The notes beneath the pieces are model-generated. The model saw only the letters and a list, made by a program, of their open reading frames with translations. It was not told where the DNA came from and did not search any database. From Candidatus Nanosynbacter lyticus (GTDB lineage Bacteria > Patescibacteriota > Saccharimonadia > Saccharimonadales > Saccharimonadaceae): a stretch of 32,000 nt of DNA. The position numbers and the translations under genes are program-made. Below are positions 1 through 8,304 of this stretch, piece by piece. The DNA lies in contig NZ_CP007496.1 of assembly GCF_000803625.1 (NCBI RefSeq), positions 180,001 to 212,000 of the forward strand. Direction: 5' to 3'. The first letter of the stretch is position 1. Each line of letters opens with the position of its first letter.

Positions 1-228
1 GAAAAAGAGTGGAGTAAGCAGTTGGGAAAGTACTATGAGCAAGTTGGTGAGCAGCCAGATTGGTACAGTGGTCAGGGCGCGTTCAATGCGGCGGCATTTG
101 CGGCTGGGATGAATAGTCTGTCAAGCGTGGCCAGTAGCGCCAGCGACTATTCATCGACCTCTGGTGGTTCGACTGGTGGTGGCTTCGCTGGTGGTGGCGG
201 AGGCGGTGGCGGAGGCGGCGGCTGGTAA
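1..228 (+). CDS. C-terminal end of a membrane protein with a Ser-rich and poly-Gly tail (DUF2207-like), 5' truncated by the window
   Basis: Frame is open from base 1; tail ...SGGSTGGGFAGGGGGGGGGGGW resembles the C-terminus of DUF2207/TPM-type proteins. Confidence 0.6.
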   Translation, partial: EKEWSKQLGKYYEQVGEQPDWYSGQGAFNAAAFAAGMNSLSSVASSASDYSSTSGGSTGGGFAGGGGGGGGGGGW

Positions 229-231
229 GTT

Positions 232-1185
232 ATGTCTGATATTTTACTGTGGTTGATGGCCGTTTTACTATTGGCATTATCTGGGATATTTTCGGGCCTG
301 AATATTGGCTTGATGATGGCGCGACCAGACGACTTAAAGCGAAAGGCTGGGCAGGGTGATGAGATTGCTAAGCGAGTCTATCGCTACCGTAAGGATGGCT
401 ACTATTTGATATTTTGTATTTTGCTGGGCAATGTCGGTGTAAATACGGCGATGTCAATTTTGCTGGGTAATATGACTAACGGCGTGGTTGGCGGGTTGAT
501 TGCCACATTACTGATCACTATGTTTGGCGAGATTTTGCCGCAAGCGATTTTTACGCAGCGCGGTTATCGTTTCGTGCGGTATTTCTTCTGGCTGCTTAAT
601 GTAATTTATGTGCTATTTTGGCCACTGGCTCGGCCGATGTCGAAATTGCTAAATCATTGGCTAGGTAAAGAGACGCCTCAGCTTTATTCTCACCAGGAGC
701 TGGAGGAAATTATTCATGAACATGCTGAGCGTTCGGATAGCCCAGTCGATTATGATGAAAGTCGAATCGCGGCGGGAGCGCTGCAGTTTAGTAAAAAGAC
801 GGCTGGTGATTTGGTAACGCCGATGAGTGAGGTGTTTACTGTGAATCTGGATGATGAGCTGGACGCGACACTACTAGCGCGAATTAAACATGCTGGGCAT
901 TCGCGGATCCCGGTGTGTGATGATGAGCGGCTGGTAGGGATTTTGTATGTCAAAGATGTAGTGGGGCGTGAGCTGCCACTGCCAGTCAGTCAATTGTACC
1001 GAGACAAGATTCACGACATCGATGCACGGTCGCGGCTGGATACGGTGCTTAGTCGATTCATCCAAACCCGCAATCACTTGTTTGTGGTAATGGATAATGA
1101 AACGGAACTGGGAATTATTACACTGGAAGATGTGATTGAGGAGATTTTGGATCAGGAGATTGAGGATGAATATGACGAGGAGTAG
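232..1185 (+). CDS. CNNM/HlyC-CorC family protein (DUF21 transmembrane domain plus CBS pair)
   Basis: N-terminal hydrophobic DUF21 region; GDLVTPMSEVFTV and GHSRIPVCDDERLVGILYVKDV and GIITLEDVIEEILDQEIEDEYDE motifs. Confidence 0.88.
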   Translation: MSDILLWLMAVLLLALSGIFSGLNIGLMMARPDDLKRKAGQGDEIAKRVYRYRKDGYYLIFCILLGNVGVNTAMSILLGNMTNGVVGGLIATLLITMFGEILPQAIFTQRGYRFVRYFFWLLNVIYVLFWPLARPMSKLLNHWLGKETPQLYSHQELEEIIHEHAERSDSPVDYDESRIAAGALQFSKKTAGDLVTPMSEVFTVNLDDELDATLLARIKHAGHSRIPVCDDERLVGILYVKDVVGRELPLPVSQLYRDKIHDIDARSRLDTVLSRFIQTRNHLFVVMDNETELGIITLEDVIEEILDQEIEDEYDEE

Positions 1186-1205
1186 GACGTTCGGATTCTG
1201 TTTCG

Positions 1206-1214
1206 TGGTATACT
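1206..1214 (+). promoter_or_regulatory. Extended -10 promoter element TGGTATACT upstream of the 1260 ORF
   Basis: TGN-TATACT directly visible; followed by a leader of about 40 nt containing a purine-rich SD-like stretch before ATG 1260. Confidence 0.5.
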
Positions 1215-1259
1215 AAAAGATAATTTTAATAATAAAGGTGGTGGGTAGGGAGATTATAT

Positions 1260-1868
1260 ATGTCTAGGATAGGCTATGAAGGAGAGGGTGTTCCTGATCA
1301 CCTACAAAATAAGACCATTGAAACGATGTTTCCCGACACACTTTACGTGCCGGCTGTCGATTCTTTTACAGACATGAATGAGATATTTTATATTGATAAA
1401 AATCAAGCTAGTGGTTTGGGTAGGTTGGTTGTCGATGGTAGGCAGGATCTAAGATTGGTCGAGTCGGACGATTCGTTGGATGAGATGGTTGTATTGATGA
1501 AGGTGTGGGTGCAGGACAGTAAAGGGGAATTGCGCGAATATATTATTGCGGATTGCCGATATTGTGATGATCAATTTGACTTGATTGGTGATGATTCGGA
1601 AGTTGACTTTACTGACCAGGAAACCGCTTGGGGTGAGATTGACTATATGCAACATCGGGTTACAGTTTCTGCGGTAATTGACAATATAGATAAGGGAAAA
1701 ATTGGAGTTTGGGGCGATCCAGATCTTTATGATACTGCAATACACATGGCAAGGGTGGTGGACGAAGCGGTTAGTGGTCGCGACCGTGCTGCGATTTCGG
1801 AGGTTTCTGGAAAAGAGGATGGTACTAGTCAGCTAAAGTTAAGAACGAGGGATTCGCAGCAGGATTAG
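1260..1868 (+). CDS. Hypothetical acidic soluble protein (202 aa)
   Basis: Open frame with upstream promoter and GGGAG-type SD; no family recognised. Confidence 0.7.
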   Translation: MSRIGYEGEGVPDHLQNKTIETMFPDTLYVPAVDSFTDMNEIFYIDKNQASGLGRLVVDGRQDLRLVESDDSLDEMVVLMKVWVQDSKGELREYIIADCRYCDDQFDLIGDDSEVDFTDQETAWGEIDYMQHRVTVSAVIDNIDKGKIGVWGDPDLYDTAIHMARVVDEAVSGRDRAAISEVSGKEDGTSQLKLRTRDSQQD

Positions 1869-1896
1869 TTTGCGATGTGTCAATTAAAATTAGTTT

Positions 1897-1949
1897 AGGT
1901 ACTTGACTATTTACAGTACCTTGTATAACATAGTACTATGTATAGCAAA
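1897..1949 (+). promoter_or_regulatory. Promoter/operator region of the ABC-PadR operon: TTGACT-N17-TAACAT plus 17-bp-phased GTAC repeats and a 14-bp palindrome
   Basis: GTAC at 1899, 1916 and 1933; AGGTACT-N11-AGTACCT inverted repeat; perfect palindrome ACATAGTACTATGT at 1928-1941. Confidence 0.6.
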
Positions 1950-1966
1950 ACTATAAGGAGCGTAGT

Positions 1967-3274
1967 ATGAGAAGAATAGATATTATTAAGCGAGCCGGGC
2001 GTAACCTTCGCCAGTCGAAAGGTCGTACGATTTTAACGGCACTGGCGATTTCTGTCGGGGCGTTTACCATTGGGCTAGCGATGATGGCGGGTGAGGGCGG
2101 TCGATTGTATACCAATAACATAGTTGATTCTGCTGGCGATAAGAAGGTTATTACAGTGTATAAAAAAGCCGTTTCATCATCAGCAGAGGAGGAGGCTTTA
2201 CCAGAATATAGCGACTCAAAAGATAAAAATAAAAGTAGCGAGGTAAAGGACCGTTCCTCATTGCGTAGTAAGTATTCAATGGGTGATGAGGATCTCGCAA
2301 AATTACGCAGTATTTCGCACGTAGAAAAAGTGACACCATCCTACTCTACATCTGGAATCGTGTATGTTAAAAGTTCGGGGAATGGTAAGAAATTTACTCC
2401 AGATATAGCAGTTAAGGCGGACCGGACTCGGGCGGAATTGGCAGCTGGCAGCTTGGACGATTTTATATTGAAGTCGGGCGAAGCTATTATTCCAGAGTCT
2501 TATGTAGGAAAAATGGGCTTTGCTAGTGCTAAGTCGGCTATCGGCAAGACTATTACGTTGGGCATTCGTGGCGGATCATCGTGGAGTGCTAGTGCTTCTA
2601 AAGAGATCTCGTTAAAAATTGTAGCGGTTGATAAACAGTCGGACACAACAATCTTCTATCAGCCAGCCGTGAGGATATCGTCAGACGACGCTAAGGATAT
2701 TTACGAATATAGTCATTATAAGGGGTTGTCTAACGAATACTCATTGGTGATTGTGTCTGTTGATGACGTAAAGAATATTGACGCCGTAAAGGATGAAATC
2801 AGCAAAAGCTATACTGCGTCGTCAATTCAAGATGCTCGCAAGGCGCTTCTGACAATGGTTAATGTAGCTCAGATGGCTTTGATAGGTTTTGGTGGATTGG
2901 CGCTGCTTGCTAGTGTGTTTGGCATCATTAATACTATGTATATTTCAGTTCTGGAGCGAACCAGTCAAATCGGTTTGATGAAAGCGTTGGGCACGAGTGG
3001 CCGCGATATCGGTAGGTTATTTAGATATGAAGCAGCTTGGGTTGGTTTATTAGGTGGACTAATCGGTGTTGGCTCTGCAAGTTTGATAACGCTGTTTAAT
3101 CCAGCAATTGCTAGTGCGCTAAAACTGGGGGCGGGCACTAATCTTCTGGTTATTAATCCAATACAAATTATTTTATTGATAGTCAGTCTAATGGTTATGG
3201 CGGTGCTGGCTGGTTGGCTACCGAGCCGCAAGGCAACAAAGTTAGACCCAATTGAGGCGTTAAGGACAGAATAG
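1967..3274 (+). CDS. ABC transporter permease, MacB/FtsX-like
   Basis: N-terminal TM, periplasmic domain, C-terminal FtsX-like domain (GLALLASVFGIINTMYISVLERTSQIGLMKALGTSGRDI); SD AAGGAG. Confidence 0.92.
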   Translation: MRRIDIIKRAGRNLRQSKGRTILTALAISVGAFTIGLAMMAGEGGRLYTNNIVDSAGDKKVITVYKKAVSSSAEEEALPEYSDSKDKNKSSEVKDRSSLRSKYSMGDEDLAKLRSISHVEKVTPSYSTSGIVYVKSSGNGKKFTPDIAVKADRTRAELAAGSLDDFILKSGEAIIPESYVGKMGFASAKSAIGKTITLGIRGGSSWSASASKEISLKIVAVDKQSDTTIFYQPAVRISSDDAKDIYEYSHYKGLSNEYSLVIVSVDDVKNIDAVKDEISKSYTASSIQDARKALLTMVNVAQMALIGFGGLALLASVFGIINTMYISVLERTSQIGLMKALGTSGRDIGRLFRYEAAWVGLLGGLIGVGSASLITLFNPAIASALKLGAGTNLLVINPIQIILLIVSLMVMAVLAGWLPSRKATKLDPIEALRTE

Positions 3275-3284
3275 GAGAAATATC

Positions 3285-3986
3285 ATGATTGAACTTAAGA
3301 ACGTAACGAAAATTTACGGCAAAAAGAAAAATCAATTTGTAGCGTTAAATGATGTCAGTTTGAAAATTCCAACGGGCGTTAGTGTGGCGATTCTTGGTAA
3401 ATCTGGCTCAGGAAAGTCAACATTGATGCACGCAATTTCTGGACTTGACCGTCCGCAGCAGGGTCGAGTGATTATTGATGGGCAAGATATTTTGCAACTG
3501 AAGCAGAAGCAAGTTGATGAATTCCGGGCTAAAAAAATAGGGTTTATTTTCCAGAGCTTTTTCGTTCAAGGTAACGAAAGTGTTGAGGATAATGTTAGTC
3601 TGCCGCTAGAAATCGCACAGATGCCACAAAAAATGCGTGAAGCGAAAATCAACGAGGCTCTGATGGCGGTGGACCTGTATGAGAAGCGTAAAAGCCGCGC
3701 GAAAGATTTGTCTGGTGGTCAAAAGCAGCGTTTGGCGATTGCCAGGGCGATTGTTGGCGATCCGCAGATTATCTTCGCTGATGAGCCAACGGGTAATCTA
3801 GACAGCGAAACCGGTACTAAGATAGAAGAGCTACTGTTTAACTATAACAAACAAAAAGGCGCGACGTTGATAGTGGTGACTCATGATGATGATTTGGCTA
3901 AAAAATGCGATTACCAAATCCGTATAAAAGACGGGCAAATTGAAGGTACTAATATTCCACAAGAGGAAAGGTATGAATCCCAGTGA
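3285..3986 (+). CDS. ABC transporter ATP-binding protein (MacB/LolD-like)
   Basis: Walker A GKSGSGKST, signature LSGGQKQRLAIARAI, Walker B IIFADEPTG. Confidence 0.95.
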   Translation: MIELKNVTKIYGKKKNQFVALNDVSLKIPTGVSVAILGKSGSGKSTLMHAISGLDRPQQGRVIIDGQDILQLKQKQVDEFRAKKIGFIFQSFFVQGNESVEDNVSLPLEIAQMPQKMREAKINEALMAVDLYEKRKSRAKDLSGGQKQRLAIARAIVGDPQIIFADEPTGNLDSETGTKIEELLFNYNKQKGATLIVVTHDDDLAKKCDYQIRIKDGQIEGTNIPQEERYESQ

Positions 3987-4317
3987 TTATGCTGAAAGCC
4001 TAACCATTCAGCTGCGTAAAGGTTTTTTGGTGTACTGTGTGCTGCTTTCCTGTGCTAAGCAGGATCAGTATGCTGGTGACATTGTTAGGCGATTAAGTGA
4101 TTCAGAGTTAATGGTTGTTGAGGGTACAATTTATCCGCTGCTAAACAGACTGCAGAAGTATGGGTATTTACTGCATGAATGGCGGGAAAGTGAGCAGGGG
4201 CCGCCCAGAAAATATTACTCACTAACAGATAGCGGGTTTCAGTTAGTTGATGAGTTGAAGCATCGCATAAAAATGTTGAATAGTTCGCTTAAAGATCTTG
4301 AGAAAGGTGTGAATTAA
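3973..4317 (+). CDS. PadR family transcriptional regulator; start placed at ATG 3973 rather than the track start at 3940
   Basis: MNPSDYAESLTIQLRKGFLVYCVLL..., VVEGTIYPLLNRLQKYGYL, PPRKYYSLTDSG; SD AGAGGAAAGG directly before 3973. Confidence 0.88.
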   Translation: MNPSDYAESLTIQLRKGFLVYCVLLSCAKQDQYAGDIVRRLSDSELMVVEGTIYPLLNRLQKYGYLLHEWRESEQGPPRKYYSLTDSGFQLVDELKHRIKMLNSSLKDLEKGVN

Positions 4318-5603
4318 TGAAAGAGATAACTAGAATTCATCTAGCAAAAACGGCTTTTAGTATAGAAATTGAAGCTAAAAGTTCGCTAGAAAAATATCTT
4401 AATTCAATTCAAAAAAATATGCACGCTGAGCCGGAAGCTATGAGAGAAATCGAGGCACGGATGGTTGAGATTTTGGCAGAGCGCGGCGTAATGAAGGAAG
4501 GAGTCATTAGTGTTGACGATGTTTTAGCAATTCAAAAGCAAATGGGTGAGTCGCGTGATTTTGCTGATGGTGATGGCCCAGTAGATGATGATCTGGATAG
4601 TGATGGTTCAGAGTCAAAGCCAGAAAAGCAACTAATGCGTGATACTGATAATGCTATTATCGGTGGTGTTTGTGCCGGCGTGGCGGCATATTTTAACATC
4701 AATCCGCTATGGGTACGGCTAATTGCAATTGTCTCGTCGTTCGCAACTTTTGGTACGGCTGTATTAATTTACGTGGTGATGTGGCTATCGATGCCTCCGG
4801 CGAGTACGGCGTCAGATAAATTAAGAATGCGCGGCAAGCCAGTAACTCTGGCGGCTCTTAAAAAAGCAGCCGTTGAGGGTGGCTCAGTAATAGCTAATGA
4901 GAGTAGGGATTTGGCCTCTAAAATTCTTCGCTATTCTGCTGGAATTATAATTTTCCTGATGACTCTTGGGGTAGTGATTGGGCTGATTGTAGGTGGCGCA
5001 GTTGGACTATCTGTAATTGATCTACTAAGTGGATTAAATGCACAAATATGGGCTTGGGGTCTATGGATTTCACTAGTGATTTGCGGCATTTCAGCGGCGG
5101 TTTTGGGTATGATGTTGTCGCGTAGCGTTTTTACTTGGACGATGAGTCGCGTGTCAGCACTCTCGATGATTATTGCTACGGTCGTTATATCTATGGGTAT
5201 GGCCAGCTCAATCGTATTTGGCATGAAAGCTAGCTCAGAATTTATATATGAGTCTCAGTACCTGACAAAGAGAATGAATGTCGAAATTCCGGATGCAGAT
5301 AATGTAAAAACAATTTCCATCAACGGCGCAATGGGAAGTGTAAAGCGAACTGACTCTGATAAGCTGAAAATTGAGGCCGAGTATATAGAATTACCAAACA
5401 TGAAGAAGCCAGATGTCAATGTACGACGCGAGGGCGATCGATTGATAGTGTCTATTGCTGAAAAATGTCCGCGAACGATATTTTTCAGCGGCTGCCAAAT
5501 GTTCTATACGCCAATTGGACTTAAGATTTATGCGCCTGCTGGCGTAAATGTGGATAGTCCAGCTTATTATGGCGCTGATAATGTAGATCACTCTGACGCT
5601 TAA
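4317..5603 (+). CDS. PspC-domain membrane protein with C-terminal adhesin/DUF4097-like region
   Basis: PspC motif LMRDTDNAIIGGVCAGVAAYFNINPLWVRL; several TM segments; start overlaps the padR stop (TAATGA). Confidence 0.85.
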   Translation: MKEITRIHLAKTAFSIEIEAKSSLEKYLNSIQKNMHAEPEAMREIEARMVEILAERGVMKEGVISVDDVLAIQKQMGESRDFADGDGPVDDDLDSDGSESKPEKQLMRDTDNAIIGGVCAGVAAYFNINPLWVRLIAIVSSFATFGTAVLIYVVMWLSMPPASTASDKLRMRGKPVTLAALKKAAVEGGSVIANESRDLASKILRYSAGIIIFLMTLGVVIGLIVGGAVGLSVIDLLSGLNAQIWAWGLWISLVICGISAAVLGMMLSRSVFTWTMSRVSALSMIIATVVISMGMASSIVFGMKASSEFIYESQYLTKRMNVEIPDADNVKTISINGAMGSVKRTDSDKLKIEAEYIELPNMKKPDVNVRREGDRLIVSIAEKCPRTIFFSGCQMFYTPIGLKIYAPAGVNVDSPAYYGADNVDHSDA

Positions 5604-5671
5604 GATAAGAATTAATTTGAATGATTTTACCGCTAATGCTACACTTGAAAGATGAAAGGTAATTTTTAAGC

Positions 5672-6511
5672 GTGGCTTGGTGGCAAGCGATTATTCTTGG
5701 CGTGATTGAAGGAATTACGGAATTCTTGCCGATTTCTTCGACTGGACATTTGACGATTGCTGAGAAGCTTATGGGGATGAAAATCGACGATCCGAGCGTG
5801 GTAGCGTTTACGGCGGTGATCCAAATTGGGGCAATTTTGGCAGCAGTAATTTATTTCTGGAGCGATATTTGGCGTATTCTGCAAGTTTGGTGGTGCGGCC
5901 TGTGGTGGAAGCGAGCGCGCCGGAAGTTTGATTATAAATATGGCTGGGCAATCATTATCGGCTCGATTCCTATCGCTGTCGTCGGTCTTCTGTTCAAGCA
6001 CGAAGTTGAAACGGTGCTTCGGAGTTTGTGGTTTGTGGCGATTGGACTGGTCGGCTGGAGTGTGGTAATGTGGCTGGCGGATAATCGGGCGGTAAAAAAT
6101 AAGCGTAATGAAGCTGAGACCAGCTGGAAAGATACGCTGATCATCGGCGTGGGGCAGTGTCTGTCGTTAATTCCAGGAATCAGCCGTTCTGGTGCAACAA
6201 TCTCTGTCGGTCTGTTTCGTGGTTTTGACCGCGTATCGGTTACGAAGTTGAGTTTCTTTTTGGGCATCCCAGCTTTAATGGCGGCTGGGTTGCTGGAGGT
6301 CGTTACCAAATATAAACACATTTCTGGTGGTGTCGGCTGGACATCAACCATTATTGCTACCGTAGTTTCCTTTGGCGTGGGTTACGTGGCGGTGTCATGG
6401 CTACTGAAGTTTATTCAGAGCAATAATTTCCGTCCATTTATAATTTATCGATTTACGATGGGACTGTTTCTATTAATACTGCTTGGTGTCGGGTTTATTT
6501 CTCACGTTTAA
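5672..6511 (+). CDS. uppP: Undecaprenyl-diphosphatase (GTG start)
   Basis: MAWWQAIILGVIEGITEFLPISSTGHL and PGISRSGATISVGL motifs. Confidence 0.96.
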   Translation: MAWWQAIILGVIEGITEFLPISSTGHLTIAEKLMGMKIDDPSVVAFTAVIQIGAILAAVIYFWSDIWRILQVWWCGLWWKRARRKFDYKYGWAIIIGSIPIAVVGLLFKHEVETVLRSLWFVAIGLVGWSVVMWLADNRAVKNKRNEAETSWKDTLIIGVGQCLSLIPGISRSGATISVGLFRGFDRVSVTKLSFFLGIPALMAAGLLEVVTKYKHISGGVGWTSTIIATVVSFGVGYVAVSWLLKFIQSNNFRPFIIYRFTMGLFLLILLGVGFISHV

Positions 6512-6536
6512 GAAAAAATTGTTATATAATTAAAGC

Positions 6537-7778
6537 ATGTTAGACATCAAGTTTATTCGAGATAATGTTGATCTTGTGCAAAGGTCGGCGAATGATAAGG
6601 GTTATAAGGTCGATATTGCGGCATTGTTGCAGTTGGATGACGAGCGTCGCGATCTGCAAAAACAAGTTGATGCTCTGCGTGAGCGACGTAATGTGATCTC
6701 GGCGCAGATGAAAGGCGGCCGTCCAGATCAGGAACTGATTGACCAGGGCAAGCAGCTGAAAATTGAACTGGCAGAGCGTGAAGGTTACTTAAAATCTACT
6801 GAGGAAAAAGTAGCCACGATTCTAAAAAACGTGCCAAATGTAACTTTTGATGACGTGCCGCTCGGTGGCGAGGAGGATAGCGTCGAGGTTAAGCGTTGGG
6901 GCGAGCAGAAAACTGGCGCCGTTGATCATCTGGATTATGCTGTTAAGCGTGGCTGGGTAGATTTTGAGCGTGGTGCAAAAGTAGCTGGCGCGAAGTTCTA
7001 TTACCTTAAGGGCGATTTGGCGTTGCTAGAAAATGCTGTGACGCAATTTGCACTGGATTATGTGACAAAGCAGGGCTTTACGTTCATGACCGTGCCGCAT
7101 ATGGTGAATTTGCGCACAGCGGAAGGTGCGGGCTTTGCGCCAAAGGGCGAGGGTAGTAATGAATATGTGGTCGAGGGCGAGGATTTGACGCTGATCGGGA
7201 CAGCGGAAATGCCGCTGACCGGCTATCACGCTGATGAGATTTTGGACGAGAAAGATTTACCGCTACTATATGCAGGATATAGTCCATGCTATCGCAAGGA
7301 AGCGGGAACGTACGGCAAGCATACGCGTGGGTTGTTCCGAGTGCACCAATTTAACAAATTGGAAATGTACGCCTTTTGTTTGCCAGAACAGTCGCGTGAT
7401 ATTCATGAAAAGATTTTGGCGATTGAAGAAGCTTTGTGGCAACAAATTGGCATTTCGTACCACGTAGTGAATATCGCGGCGGGTGACCTGGGTGCGCCGG
7501 CTGCCAAAAAATACGACATCGAGTACTGGTCGCCCGTCGATGAGACGTATCGCGAGCTGACCAGCTGTTCGAACTGTACGGATTATCAAGCGCGTGGCTT
7601 GAATATTCGCGTGCGACGGGCGGACGGCAACATCGAGTCGGTTCACACCCTGAATGGCACGGCGGTTTCATTGGCGCGGTCATTGGTGGTGATTTTGGAG
7701 AATTTCCAAAACGAAGATGGCGGTTTGACGGTGCCAGAGGTATTGCGACCATATATGAATGGCCGTGACGTGATATAA
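6537..7778 (+). CDS. serS: Seryl-tRNA synthetase
   Basis: N-terminal coiled-coil MLDIKFIRDNVD...; class II motifs TAEMPLTG, FRVHQFNKLEMYAF, SNCTDYQARGLNIR. Confidence 0.97.
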   Translation: MLDIKFIRDNVDLVQRSANDKGYKVDIAALLQLDDERRDLQKQVDALRERRNVISAQMKGGRPDQELIDQGKQLKIELAEREGYLKSTEEKVATILKNVPNVTFDDVPLGGEEDSVEVKRWGEQKTGAVDHLDYAVKRGWVDFERGAKVAGAKFYYLKGDLALLENAVTQFALDYVTKQGFTFMTVPHMVNLRTAEGAGFAPKGEGSNEYVVEGEDLTLIGTAEMPLTGYHADEILDEKDLPLLYAGYSPCYRKEAGTYGKHTRGLFRVHQFNKLEMYAFCLPEQSRDIHEKILAIEEALWQQIGISYHVVNIAAGDLGAPAAKKYDIEYWSPVDETYRELTSCSNCTDYQARGLNIRVRRADGNIESVHTLNGTAVSLARSLVVILENFQNEDGGLTVPEVLRPYMNGRDVI

Positions 7779-7779
7779 T
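7771..7779 (+). promoter_or_regulatory. Extended -10 element TGATATAAT at the end of serS, upstream of the hibernation factor gene
   Basis: TGA-TATAAT visible; followed by a short leader with AGGAGG before ATG 7809. Confidence 0.5.
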
Positions 7780-7808
7780 GAAAGACATATTAGTTAGTAG
7801 GAGGAAGA

Positions 7809-8180
7809 ATGATTAAAAATATTACTATTACTGGCGTTAAGTACGAGTTAAACGATACGACTAAGAAATATGTTGAGCGAAAAATTGGTGGTTTGGGCAA
7901 ATATTTACCACGTCATTCCCGTAAAAGCGTGACCGCAGATGTAAAGATTAAGCAAATCGATAATACTGGTGGTAATAAATACGAAGTTGAAGTTATTATT
8001 AACGTTCCAGATAAGAAAATTACCGCTAAAGATTCAACCATGAACGTTTTGGCGGCAGTGGATATTGTCGAGGCAAAGTTGAACGGTCAGGTGAGAAAGT
8101 ATAAGGATGACGTGTTGGCGCACGTTGGTAGTAGCCGCGGAATTTTGGCTAAGTTGAAGAGAGGCTTGGGTAGAAGATAA
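7809..8180 (+). CDS. hpf: Ribosome hibernation promoting factor / RaiA family
   Basis: MIKNITITGVKYELNDTTKKYVERKIGGLGKYLPRHSRK; SD AGGAGG. Confidence 0.88.
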   Translation: MIKNITITGVKYELNDTTKKYVERKIGGLGKYLPRHSRKSVTADVKIKQIDNTGGNKYEVEVIINVPDKKITAKDSTMNVLAAVDIVEAKLNGQVRKYKDDVLAHVGSSRGILAKLKRGLGRR

Positions 8181-8201
8181 TTATTAGCTGAAGTTGGCAT
8201 G

Positions 8202-8229
8202 AAGCGCTCATATTCTGGGCGCTTTTTCT
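8202..8229 (+). terminator. Rho-independent terminator downstream of the hpf-like gene
   Basis: AAGCGC ... GCGCTT stem followed by a T-rich run. Confidence 0.6.
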
Positions 8230-8304
8230 TTTCAAATTGACCTAAAAACGTTATAATAAAAGAAGTTTTTGAAAATGCCTGAAAGTGAGGGAGTTTTAAG
8301 TTTT

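Noticed and set aside
7351-7788. 145-aa minus-strand ORF antisense to serS
   Set aside because: Shadow of the conserved serS frame with low-complexity Pro/Ser/Arg content.
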